In this document: positions 55,056 to 64,000 of the stretch, piece after piece
Layout of the letters: every line of letters starts with the position of its first letter
Position numbering within the stretch: the first letter of the stretch is position 1
Sequence record: LR880803
Reading direction: 5' to 3' (one strand)
DNA from: Escherichia phage Barry
Length of the DNA: 64,000 nt
Notes under the pieces: model-generated
Databases searched by the model: none
Told to the model about the DNA's origin: nothing
Seen by the model: the letters and a program-made list of their open reading frames with translations, nothing else
Position numbers and translations under genes: made by a program

Positions 55056-55056
55056 A

Positions 55057-55602
55057 TCAAAAGTGTCCTTTTACTTGTGGAACATAAATTTCAAAGGTTG
55101 CTTTACCATCATCTGAGGGTCTTGACTGCACCTTTGCAAATACACGGCTATCATACAGCTTATCAAAGAAGTTTTCAAAAGGTAAATACACAGTGGCCTC
55201 TTCAGTAACTTTATGGAAAACTGTATGGAAAACTACACCAGCATACGGCAAAGCATCGACAAGAACACCTGCACCACCAATTACAAAGATATCTTCATCA
55301 ATAGAGCTATCAAGATACTTCAAAAATGCTCCAAAGGACTCTTTACTAGCCTTAGCATACATTACATCGTCTTTGTCAAAGTCTATACCCAAATATGGAA
55401 CAGAGTTCGTTAAGACGAGGTTTGTACGTTCTGGTAATGGTTTACTACCCAGAGTCTTAAAAGTCTCATTACCCATAACTACCAAGTTGTCTTTAGTGAG
55501 TCTCTTAAACTCTTGCATATCTTGCTTATGTCGAGGCCACGGCATACCAGTTGGAGTACCAAACTCCCCTTTTTCACCACTTGCAAAGATTAATTTAATC
55601 AT
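55057..55602 (-). CDS. frd: dihydrofolate reductase
   Basis: MIKLIFA..EKGEFG.PTGMPW ... LVVMGNETFKTLG fits the DHFR N-terminal GxxGxLPW and VxMGRKT-like blocks; adjacent to thyA. Confidence 0.8.
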   Translation of the reverse strand: MIKLIFASGEKGEFGTPTGMPWPRHKQDMQEFKRLTKDNLVVMGNETFKTLGSKPLPERTNLVLTNSVPYLGIDFDKDDVMYAKASKESFGAFLKYLDSSIDEDIFVIGGAGVLVDALPYAGVVFHTVFHKVTEEATVYLPFENFFDKLYDSRVFAKVQSRPSDDGKATFEIYVPQVKGHF

Positions 55603-55859
55603 TTTGTAAACCCTTTCTTAATAAACCAGTTGATAACAATCTTCAAAGCTTTATTGCTATGGTAGACTAAGTGTGGTGTAGGTTGGTATGAACCATAAGC
55701 CCAGAAAGCAATGATTTCATTACATCCTGTACACCTTGTACTCTCTTCAGCAATATGACCGTTGACTATTTCACTTACCTCACCTTGTAAGTCTGTACAT
55801 CCACAATGTGGACATCGGATAGGTGTTCCATCAGACTCATAGCAGTGTTCAATTTTCAT
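55599..55859 (-). CDS. small zinc-ribbon protein
   Basis: CPHCGC ... CTGC cysteine pairs. Confidence 0.4.
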   Translation of the reverse strand: MKIEHCYESDGTPIRCPHCGCTDLQGEVSEIVNGHIAEESTRCTGCNEIIAFWAYGSYQPTPHLVYHSNKALKIVINWFIKKGFTK

Positions 55860-56375
55860 TTACTTAACCTCAAAAACTGGCTCAAGAACCAATATAAAGT
55901 CTACACAGTCATCTTCTTCATCCAGAATACCATCAAAGTTCTTAGGAACGAAGTCGAAGAGACTCATAACAAAACAGTCAGAAGTGACCTTGATAGTTCC
56001 TCCTATGTTCTCTACAGTTAACACTGTACGACTTTCTTTTACCTCCCTCAGAAGATTACCCACAAAGTCATCTAAGAAGTACTTCATCAATGACTTAAAA
56101 CCTTTAGGATAATCTGTACCAGAGTATGTTTCAATCTGTGGTACAAGCTTAACATTTATACTAGTCTTTGTTAAGAACGTTTTAGAGAACATACTATCAG
56201 GTAACTTACAAACAGTCTTTCCAGTACCTTCATGTTCAATCTCAACAAAACCAGCTTCATCGCCACATGTAACTATTTTAAAAGATGCTTCATTCTCATA
56301 CTGTGAAGCCATAAACTTTTTAAGCATCTCTTTAAGGAAATCTGCATGAGCATCTTGTAAGTAGACATCAATCAT
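55860..56375 (-). CDS. hypothetical protein
   Basis: 171-aa ORF. Confidence 0.45.
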   Translation of the reverse strand: MIDVYLQDAHADFLKEMLKKFMASQYENEASFKIVTCGDEAGFVEIEHEGTGKTVCKLPDSMFSKTFLTKTSINVKLVPQIETYSGTDYPKGFKSLMKYFLDDFVGNLLREVKESRTVLTVENIGGTIKVTSDCFVMSLFDFVPKNFDGILDEEDDCVDFILVLEPVFEVK

Positions 56376-56388
56376 AGTTAATCACCTA

Positions 56389-56748
56389 TTATGGGAACAG
56401 ACACTTAATGTCATCGTTTTTGAAAACGAAACTTGTGTAGTTGTGACCATCAACATCCAACCAAACAGCCTGAACATCTACACCATCAAGATTCTGGTAA
56501 AGCTCTTTAATGAAGTGGTCTTTCACAAACTGACTGCTAGTGGTTTCCAGCTTGATGTTTGAGATTGCTGAACCTACAGCCATATAACCCATGACACGTT
56601 TCTTCTCAGTATGCTTAATCTTACCATCTTTGTAAGCCATAATGAGATTGGAGAGAATCTTCACACCATAATACTTTTCAAGGTGAGTAGGTACACCGTA
56701 AAAGCCTAATGCGAAGTTTTCAGAGTGGATAATGTTTTCACGTTTCAT
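56389..56748 (-). CDS. hypothetical protein
   Basis: 119-aa ORF. Confidence 0.45.
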   Translation of the reverse strand: MKRENIIHSENFALGFYGVPTHLEKYYGVKILSNLIMAYKDGKIKHTEKKRVMGYMAVGSAISNIKLETTSSQFVKDHFIKELYQNLDGVDVQAVWLDVDGHNYTSFVFKNDDIKCLFP

Positions 56749-56749
56749 A

Positions 56750-57079
56750 TTAATCTGCCAACCTTAAATTAAAATTAACACCAAATTTTTCACATACTTC
56801 CAACATATACTCAAGGGAGACATTACCAGTGAGATGAATTATGTTGGACACACGAGCCTGAGAGATACCACAAATTTTAGCAACTTGCTCTTGAGAAAGA
56901 CCTCTGGATTTAATCTCTCTCTTAAAACGATGTGCAACGAAGTCTCTCATTTCGTCTACATCCATTGGACAAATATAACTCTCCATTTCAGCCTCTCTAT
57001 CAGCCTCCCAATCATCTTGTGGGGCATAAGGGTCAAAAACCTCATTCATCTTTCTTCTTCCGTTTGCGTGAAGTATCAA
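56750..57079 (-). CDS. helix-turn-helix DNA-binding protein (XRE-like)
   Basis: C-terminal LSQEQVAKICGISQARVSNI is a typical HTH. Confidence 0.5.
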   Translation of the reverse strand: MILHANGRRKMNEVFDPYAPQDDWEADREAEMESYICPMDVDEMRDFVAHRFKREIKSRGLSQEQVAKICGISQARVSNIIHLTGNVSLEYMLEVCEKFGVNFNLRLAD

Positions 57080-57254
57080 TTAATGAGTCTATGTTAGTAG
57101 CCCTGACCTTTTCACGTTCATCGTTAAGATAATCGTCAAGAGCCTTTTCAATCTGTGAATCATCTTGACAGATAACTGTAAAGACTGTAAAGCCGTCTGT
57201 ATCGTCAATTATCTTACCATAACCGCTTCTGGGATGTAACTTTTTAAGAGCCAT
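57042..57254 (-). CDS. hypothetical small protein
   Basis: 70-aa ORF, overlaps neighbour by 38 nt. Confidence 0.3.
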   Translation of the reverse strand: MALKKLHPRSGYGKIIDDTDGFTVFTVICQDDSQIEKALDDYLNDEREKVRATNIDSLIDTSRKRKKKDE

Positions 57255-57255
57255 A

Positions 57256-57639
57256 TCAAATACCTGTGCAGCTTCTGTTTTCTAAGAAATACTCAACACC
57301 ATACATAGCTTTTTGCATCAAATCTTCTTTAAACTGGATACGGTGGTTGAGCATAGCCTGTACATCAATATCATCACGGTGCTTCTCTTTAATGTTTGCA
57401 GATTGCAGGAAATACTCTGCAAGAACACGATATTGATAGTCAGTCACCTTATCAGTCATCTCTGTCAAAGATTCTTCAGAGATTGGTTTAAGTAGCTCAC
57501 CATTAGCTAGAGCAACACCTTTAACAATCTGGCAAGTGTCTTCTGGAACACCTGATAAGTCCACATTTGGGAGTTCTGTTGCATTGACTGGTAAATTCAT
57601 TGCCATAACCATTGCAGCAGCTAATAAAATCTTTTTCAT
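57256..57639 (-). CDS. secreted protein
   Basis: signal peptide MKKILLAAAMVMAMNLPVNA. Confidence 0.45.
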   Translation of the reverse strand: MKKILLAAAMVMAMNLPVNATELPNVDLSGVPEDTCQIVKGVALANGELLKPISEESLTEMTDKVTDYQYRVLAEYFLQSANIKEKHRDDIDVQAMLNHRIQFKEDLMQKAMYGVEYFLENRSCTGI

Positions 57640-57717
57640 AATGACCTCAAAGTTATATTAAATTTTGTATTACATTGAGTATAAAAATAAGCTATAACAC
57701 CTGACTTGTCAACAGAT

Positions 57718-57850
57718 TTTATAGCTTATTTGGCAGATTTTTTATAAGGCTACTGCCATCCTTCCATACCTTACCTTACCACACCTAACCATACCTAACC
57801 AAACTACACCATACAATACCTTGTTAAAAGACCCTCTTAAAGACCTTTTA
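57718..57850 (-). repeat. GT-rich degenerate repeat tract on the transcribed strand (GGTAWGG units), copy 1
   Basis: + strand CCATACCTTACCTTACCACACCTAACCATACCTAACC; ~75% identical to 58976..59125. Confidence 0.6.
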
Positions 57851-57875
57851 AAAAGGAGCCTCCGAAGAGGCTGCC
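57851..57875 (-). terminator. rho-independent terminator (- strand)
   Basis: AGCCTC-CGAA-GAGGCT with T-run on - strand (+ strand CCTTTTAAAAAGG). Confidence 0.5.
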
Positions 57876-57883
57876 TAGTCAAC

Positions 57884-58324
57884 TTAGAAAGGTTTTCTAC
57901 GTTGCTTGTTAATGTTAGCTTTCATAGCAGCTAAATGGTTTTGCTGTTCAATTAGTCGTGAACGTTCTTGATGGCTAAGTGCCATAGTGTTCACATTCTC
58001 AATTGCTTGAGTGGCTTGCTTTAAAGCTCGACCAATCTTACCAGACATTTTACGTTTTGCAATAGTTGCTTGATGCTTAGGTTCAACCACACGATAACCA
58101 ACACCCATTGAAGCAACCAGATAAATCTTCTCTTCTTTAAGAAGCTTCTCAATAAACTTCTCAAGTCGGTTTAGACGTGTAAGCGCATAAGCCTTCATTT
58201 CATCTTCGTACTTAACAATGTCACCTTGATAAGTTGGCTTCACAATACCTAAGAAGGTGTCCATCTCAGAATGTGATACAGTGTCACCGTAACTAAACTT
58301 TGCTGCTAATGCTTTCGTATTCAT
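57884..58324 (-). CDS. hypothetical protein
   Basis: 146-aa ORF. Confidence 0.45.
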   Translation of the reverse strand: MNTKALAAKFSYGDTVSHSEMDTFLGIVKPTYQGDIVKYEDEMKAYALTRLNRLEKFIEKLLKEEKIYLVASMGVGYRVVEPKHQATIAKRKMSGKIGRALKQATQAIENVNTMALSHQERSRLIEQQNHLAAMKANINKQRRKPF

Positions 58325-58326
58325 AA

Positions 58327-58932
<606 letters not shown>

Positions 58933-58975
58933 TTAGTTGATTGTTAAGTTGTTTGTAAAGAACCCTCAACAGAAG

Positions 58976-59125
58976 ACTCTTTAGAAACTTGGTAGATTTT
59001 TAACGTGGCTACTACCATCCACCCATACCTCACATCACCATACCATACCTGACCGGACCTAACCAAACTCCACAGCACCATACATCACATCACACAACCT
59101 TATTAAAAGACCCTGTTTAAAGACC
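58976..59125 (-). repeat. GT-rich degenerate repeat tract, copy 2
   Basis: shares the GGCTACT.CCATCC ... AAAGACCTTTTAAAAAGG frame with copy 1. Confidence 0.6.
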
Positions 59126-59159
59126 TTTTAAAAAGGTAAGTCTCATTTTAATGTAGCTG

Positions 59160-59235
59160 AGACTAACTACCCATACCAAACAGCACCGCACTATGCCTTA
59201 CCCCACCTCACCGAGCCTCGCCCCACATCACTTAA
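59160..59235 (-). repeat. third C/A-rich (+ strand) tract with GGGG runs on - strand
   Basis: CCCATACCAAACAGCACCGCACTATGCCTTACCCCACCTCACCGAGCCTCGCCCCACATCAC. Confidence 0.4.
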
Positions 59236-59480
59236 AAAACCCTTTTCAAAGACTCTTAAGTGATGTTGGTGAGTACCCGTTGGTTTATGCTGCTCAGTAT
59301 ACTCACCAAATTTTCTATGTCAACAACTTTTTATAAAAAAGTTCTGATAGCTATATGTGTCACGAAACAAAAGATTGTAAACAAGACACCTATTGCAAAA
59401 GATGTGTCCAAAAGCTTACTTGCAACGTATGACAATACAAAGACAACCAGTATAAACAGAATGACTGTACTGAACATAGT

Positions 59481-60617
59481 TTATTCATAATCCCTAATAA
59501 CTAGCCCTACAGGGAACTGTAAAGACCCCTTACGAGTCATCTTCTGGAACTGAACCGTTAAAGGTTTCCCGATAAACTCTTCAGGGTGTTCAGCAAGATA
59601 CTGTTTCTTCTCGTGACTAGTCTTCCATGAAACATCTACAAAGACGTTAGGAAGAGTCTCTACAACGAACTTACCATGACCACGCTTATCGGTCTTGACA
59701 CCAGTCACTTTAAACTCTTCAGTGTGCATCTTCTTGTGCTTAATCAAGAAGTATGAACGGTGACAACACTCATAGAAGGAGTCTTCAGAGATTGAACGGT
59801 ACATTGCACCTTCAAACTTAGATTCAACCCACTTATCATGAGCTTCATCAAACTCTTCCCAAGAATTTACACGGATAGTCTGTACAGGAACAACTCTACA
59901 GGTATCCCCAAGCTCAACAATAGGTGAGTTATCAATAACTTCACGACGTTCAGGCCAAGATTTTGAATTGTCGCAGATATCATACCAGTAGAATTTAAGA
60001 AGGTGACGGTCTGGATTGTCAGCATTCTTAATCATAGACACAATATCTTCTAAGTCCCAACCATGAGCATAAATCTCACCATCAAAGTCTTCGACTTGTG
60101 GATGCAATTTAAGCAACAAAAGCAAATCTGGGATTAGTTCTGCTGGGACGTTGTAAATAGTATTCTCACGAGAATAAGCCGTGAAGCTAACTAAATCAGC
60201 ATCTCTTGAGATTCTACAACGTACACCATCAAGTTTTGGTTGAGCATCAGCAGGGAACTTCAGATACTTTGCATGACTAACCTTTGCAGCATCATGAGCA
60301 AGCTGTACACCTACCTTCTCAGTATTCTGTGCAGACTCTTTTGTGTAAGCATAACCTTTACGGTCAACTTGCTTTTTATACTTAGCAGCAACTTCAAAGA
60401 GAGCTTGCTGTTCAGCGTTACGCTCATTCTTTTTACCGATGTTCTTAGGCTCTGCTGTATACTCTTCAAACATCATCTTGCCATTTTCTTTACCATAGGT
60501 TGTAATAACTTTGTCACCTATAGCACCGCATGACCAGATGTTGAAGGAACCGTCTTTATTTTGTTTGTACAGTGTTGTCATTTTTAACCTCTGAGTGATA
60601 CCAAGAGTTGCAAGCAT
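59481..60617 (-). CDS. ATP-dependent DNA ligase
   Basis: adenylation motif I KLDGVR (KxDG) in KFPADAQPKLDGVRC; 378 aa. Confidence 0.7.
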   Translation of the reverse strand: MLATLGITQRLKMTTLYKQNKDGSFNIWSCGAIGDKVITTYGKENGKMMFEEYTAEPKNIGKKNERNAEQQALFEVAAKYKKQVDRKGYAYTKESAQNTEKVGVQLAHDAAKVSHAKYLKFPADAQPKLDGVRCRISRDADLVSFTAYSRENTIYNVPAELIPDLLLLLKLHPQVEDFDGEIYAHGWDLEDIVSMIKNADNPDRHLLKFYWYDICDNSKSWPERREVIDNSPIVELGDTCRVVPVQTIRVNSWEEFDEAHDKWVESKFEGAMYRSISEDSFYECCHRSYFLIKHKKMHTEEFKVTGVKTDKRGHGKFVVETLPNVFVDVSWKTSHEKKQYLAEHPEEFIGKPLTVQFQKMTRKGSLQFPVGLVIRDYE

Positions 60618-60774
60618 TACATGCGTAAAGCTCTAAGTCATTTTTATCCGGTTTATGAAAACAGTTTGCTCCGCAGTGGCAACGAAATGGCTTTCCACCA
60701 ACTGTCAGGACGAAGGACTGAATCTTTCCATCAGGAGTTCGTACAGCATTTTTATGCTTATCTTCTTTGTTCAT
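60556..60774 (-). CDS. small zinc-finger protein
   Basis: CHCGANC ... CNACNSWYH. Confidence 0.35.
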   Translation of the reverse strand: MNKEDKHKNAVRTPDGKIQSFVLTVGGKPFRCHCGANCFHKPDKNDLELYACNACNSWYHSEVKNDNTVQTK

Positions 60775-61028
60775 TTCCTCTTACCACCAATCTCTACGTC
60801 AATAACTTGAACATCGCCAGCAACATCAAACTTATGAATGATGCTTTCCACAGTGTAAGTCCAATCCTCAATGCGAACCAACTCACCTTCTCGTGGGACG
60901 ATTGGATTACGTTGAGCTACCGTTGTAGTGGAGTGAACAACATCATAACGATAGATATAGTTTACTAATACTTCCATCGTTAAAACCTCACTCAATAACC
61001 GTAGTATGTGATTGACCATTTTTGCCAT
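60771..61028 (-). CDS. hypothetical protein
   Basis: 85-aa ORF. Confidence 0.4.
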   Translation of the reverse strand: MAKMVNHILRLLSEVLTMEVLVNYIYRYDVVHSTTTVAQRNPIVPREGELVRIEDWTYTVESIIHKFDVAGDVQVIDVEIGGKRK

Positions 61029-61248
61029 AGCTATAAGATGTTGTTGTTTGAGAATTTGGACATCTTACAACAACAATATCTCTACTTATAGCATCACCAT
61101 GTAACTTGTACACTCTGCAATCTTGCATCTCTGGTGGGAGGCTGTAAGAAGCATTCTTATCTTCATAAGAAGGGTTGCAGCCAGATAGAAAAATAACACC
61201 AAGTGCAATTACTGCTTTCCACATAATACTCATCCTATTACTGTTCAC
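60988..61248 (-). CDS. lipoprotein
   Basis: signal peptide with lipobox FLSGC. Confidence 0.4.
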   Translation of the reverse strand: MNSNRMSIMWKAVIALGVIFLSGCNPSYEDKNASYSLPPEMQDCRVYKLHGDAISRDIVVVRCPNSQTTTSYSYGKNGQSHTTVIE

Positions 61249-61483
61249 GATGTTCTACTTCTCTGTATGTGCGTCGGTAGTTTATGATAAGAGGTGCTAA
61301 TTCATTGCTTTTAACATTTGAACGTAACAGTTGCCAGTCAAAACCTTTAGCAACCCTCCCATATAAATTAAATAACTTTACTTTACGTTTCATTTTTTGG
61401 TATCCCCAATATTCAGAAGTTAATATTAATACGTTCGCCCTTAAGGACTCCTGTGCGGTCTCTTGCAATCTTACCGTCAACAA
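61238..61483 (-). CDS. hypothetical basic protein (start uncertain)
   Basis: 81-aa ORF; overlaps the next ORF by 70 nt, so one of the two is probably shorter. Confidence 0.3.
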   Translation of the reverse strand: MLTVRLQETAQESLRANVLILTSEYWGYQKMKRKVKLFNLYGRVAKGFDWQLLRSNVKSNELAPLIINYRRTYREVEHREQ

Positions 61484-61640
61484 TAAGAATATGTGCAGAC
61501 CTTAAAGAATCATGATTAAAACCTTTTACGAACTTACTAGGCATCACTACAATAAGCATCTCCTGAATCAACTCTGGAGTATAACAATTGTTGTGAAGTT
61601 GCTGAATAACGTCTGCAAGTGTCATTTTTGATGTCTCCAA
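61413..61640 (-). CDS. hypothetical small protein
   Basis: 75-aa ORF. Confidence 0.3.
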   Translation of the reverse strand: METSKMTLADVIQQLHNNCYTPELIQEMLIVVMPSKFVKGFNHDSLRSAHILIVDGKIARDRTGVLKGERININF

Positions 61641-61831
61641 TACTCAATATCAATAAGTTCTTGTGCAATGCTTTTTAGATTACCTTTCAAGAAAACCTTC
61701 TCAGAACCTGAAAGAGATGAATTGTCAATTAACCTGTTCATTCTCTCAAACAACTTCTGCTTACGGTTCTTGATAGTTTCCTTTGAAGCACCTTTCATCA
61801 TCGCTGCATGGGTTCTTCCACGGTGGCTCAT
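61622..61831 (-). CDS. hypothetical small basic protein
   Basis: 69-aa ORF. Confidence 0.35.
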   Translation of the reverse strand: MSHRGRTHAAMMKGASKETIKNRKQKLFERMNRLIDNSSLSGSEKVFLKGNLKSIAQELIDIEYWRHQK

Positions 61832-61892
61832 AAGCCCTCCTATATAAGATATAGTATAAGGTACTCTTCCCTGAGCACCTTGTCAATACTAA

Positions 61893-62452
61893 TCAGTGTA
61901 CCTCATACCAGCTTTTACCAACCTTACCAGTACCTGTAACAAGTGTTTCTTTCTTAAGACCTAAGTTCTTAGAAGCTTGTCCATAATACCAGTCAGTAAC
62001 TGCCTTCACCTCTGCCGTCATACTTTCTGGGCATTCCCAACTTGTCTCGTCGTGATAGGAGCACAATAAACGAGCACCTATAGCTGGTTTACGACCGTTC
62101 AACTTCATCAAACCTTCGTCAATCATACGACGGCAAGCAAGGTTAATTGCTTCATTCTGAACCTGCGCCTCACTACCCATAAGTGTGTAATTCAATAACT
62201 TATGTGGAGATTTACACCATAACCACGCTCCAGCGACCTGAATGTACCCACCCTTAGCGATTGCAGCACTCTTGCCGAAAACCTCTTCTAATGCCTTCTT
62301 AGTGGCCTTAAAATCGGCTTCTAAGTTATCAAGTAGTTTCTTAATCTTTGGTAGACGCATATAGTAGGTCTGCTTAGTCAATGCACCTTCCTCTGTAGAA
62401 GCTGCCTTAATGGTTTTGGCAAACTTCTCATCACCTGCACCGAACAATACAT
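61893..62452 (-). CDS. family A DNA polymerase, 3' exon (second half of motif B through motif C)
   Basis: begins (V)LFGAGDEKFAKT, the T7-type continuation of motif B; contains motif C YHDE. Confidence 0.7.
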
Positions 62453-63258
62453 CTGGTCAATACACTCGCAAGGTGTACCAGTTCTCTTATGAACTTCTCC
62501 GCATTTCTACGGAGTGTCGGACTATATCACGTAGTAGTAATACTACCGTTGCACTTGGGAATGGTCATTAGCTTACCACCCTACTCTACTCAGTTCATAC
62601 ATTAAGTATGCTTTTCGATAGTCTCTGAACGTTTCTCTGTTAGGAACTCTAAAATACTATTATTTACTAAGGTATGCAATTGCTCTCTTCATGTTCTCTA
62701 TACTATCTGAGAACAGCCCAAGACCTCTGTTACAGTTGTGACACAGCATACCTCTTACCTGTCCTGTTTTGTGGTCATGGTCAACAACCAGCTTGGCTTT
62801 ATGTCTTGAACCATCCATGATAAAACCTTCACCACCGCAGATTTGACACTTGTGACCACACTTACTTAGTAACTCTTCGACCTCTTCTCTTTCTAAGCCG
62901 TAAGTCCTTAAGTAATAGTTCTTTACCCTTCCCTTTTCTCCACAAGCAGAACTGCAATACGTCTGTCTTGCTGTTCTAGGTGTAAACTGGTTATTGCAAC
63001 TTGGACATATTTTCTCTATGACACGACTTGCTGCTCTTCTGTCTACTTCAAGAACGCAGTTTCTACAACGTTTTTGATTGTACTGATATGGCTTAAACTC
63101 TTCGCCACATCTGGAACAAACTCTTTCTTTATAACCTGCCATTGTCTCTCTCCCATTTCTACTATAGGAGTCCTAACAGAGACTTCGCTGCTGATTACCA
63201 TATCTTTTAAGACTTAGGCTTCCAGCAATTCACAACGTTTTACATGCGCCACTGACGC
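62453..63258 (-). mobile_element. putative group I intron in the DNA polymerase gene, carrying an HNH endonuclease ORF; splice sites approximate
   Basis: motif B split between ...RKKAKNGIY (upstream) and LFGAGDEK (downstream); upstream frame hits a stop 14 codons after IY; 800-bp insert with free-standing ORF. Confidence 0.6.
62660..63142 (-). CDS. HNH homing endonuclease (intron-encoded)
   Basis: HNH core VVDHDHKTGQVRGMLCHNCNRGLG plus N-terminal Cys-rich zinc-binding repeats. Confidence 0.8.
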   Translation of the reverse strand: MAGYKERVCSRCGEEFKPYQYNQKRCRNCVLEVDRRAASRVIEKICPSCNNQFTPRTARQTYCSSACGEKGRVKNYYLRTYGLEREEVEELLSKCGHKCQICGGEGFIMDGSRHKAKLVVDHDHKTGQVRGMLCHNCNRGLGLFSDSIENMKRAIAYLSK

Positions 63259-64000
63259 ATAGATACCATTCTTAGCCTTCTTACGGCCTTTAGTTATCTC
63301 GTGAAGGAGTTCCTCATCCTGTGTCTCTCTACAACGGATAATATCTTCTTCTTTGTTCAATGCAAAATAGATACTGTTAAGTGTATGCGCATCAGTACCT
63401 GTGTAGACTTCATACAAATCATTATCAGCATCGTAACGACAATATTTATCAGCCTCTGGATTTAGGTACTTATCAAGATGCTTGCAGTAGTATCGTCCAT
63501 CATCCTGTTTAGTGAACTCTACAAACTCTTTACCTTCAGTTACCGCTTTGGTGAAGTCTTTATCACCCATAAAGTTACACAGTAAAACAAGCTGTGCAGA
63601 GTTCTGGTCAACTGAAACGATATTAGTCCCTTCCTCACAAATCCACACCTCCCTCATAGGTGCTCCATAGACAGCAGCACCAGACGGTACGTTTACAATA
63701 CCATATTGTGTCATACGTCCAGTTGAAGTACCAAACACCATTGCACCAGCACTAAGGCGACCATCTGGACGAATCTGGTTCAACCAACCTTTTTCATCAT
63801 CCTTTGAGTTCTCAATAGTTCTGCGTCGGTGCATCAAAGTATAGTACTTAGCAATCTTCTGTCCAAGTTCACCTTCAATCGTATCATAAGATGATTCAGT
63901 AAGTTTTGGTGAAGTACGGATTAAGCAAGGCTCAAGCAAATCTGTGTACTTCTTCACAGACCAGTTATGCTCAATGTACTGTACACCTTCATGTTCAACA
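63259..64000 (-). CDS. family A DNA polymerase, 5' exon (partial; continues beyond window end)
   Basis: frame is open to the window edge; DQNSAQLVLL resembles motif A; ends with first half of motif B RKKAKNGIY. Confidence 0.65.

Noticed and set aside
55193-55609. Sense-strand ORFs 55193..55609 and 55213..55413 overlapping the DHFR gene
   Set aside because: DHFR on the - strand has clear family motifs; the + strand ORFs are antisense artifacts.
59260-59490. ORF 59260..59490 (+)
   Set aside because: Lies in the terminator/promoter region downstream of the ligase gene on the opposite strand to all neighbours, with no SD; likely non-coding.

Overview
This window reads as a contiguous 64-kb piece of a large, AT-rich virulent myovirus genome, with no sign of host chromosome. 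All calls were made by eye from the sequence and ORF track; no searches or tools were run, so every family assignment is motif-based or from memory. Layout: (1) 1-7.7 kb, T4-type rIIA and rIIB homologs followed by small + strand genes including a secreted lytic-transglycosylase-like protein, an overlapped spanin-like pair and a macro-domain-like protein. (2) 7.7-14.1 kb, an array of about 14 small genes, each preceded by one of two conserved leader cassettes (hairpin plus Shine-Dalgarno), including one perfect 127-bp tandem duplication. (3) 14.1-15.7 kb, an ORF-free region dense in degenerate short repeats. (4) 15.7-22.7 kb, a - strand block of unknown genes plus a T4-lysozyme-like endolysin and Ig-like-domain paralogs. 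(5) 23.4-24.8 kb, a vWA-domain gene split by a frameshift in an A5 run. (6) 24.8-30.2 kb, a tRNA island of about 27 tRNAs with embedded ORFs. (7) 30.4-54.1 kb, the morphogenesis module from large terminase through two His-box tail fibers. (8) 54.2-64 kb, a - strand DNA-metabolism block with thymidylate synthase, DHFR, DNA ligase and a family-A DNA polymerase interrupted in motif B by a putative group I intron carrying an HNH endonuclease. No single defined defence system was recognised; the small-gene array and the repeat-dense region are the least explained parts. The rIIA/rIIB pair, tRNA island, thyA/frd and myovirus tail module loosely suggest a Felix-O1-like phage, from memory only.
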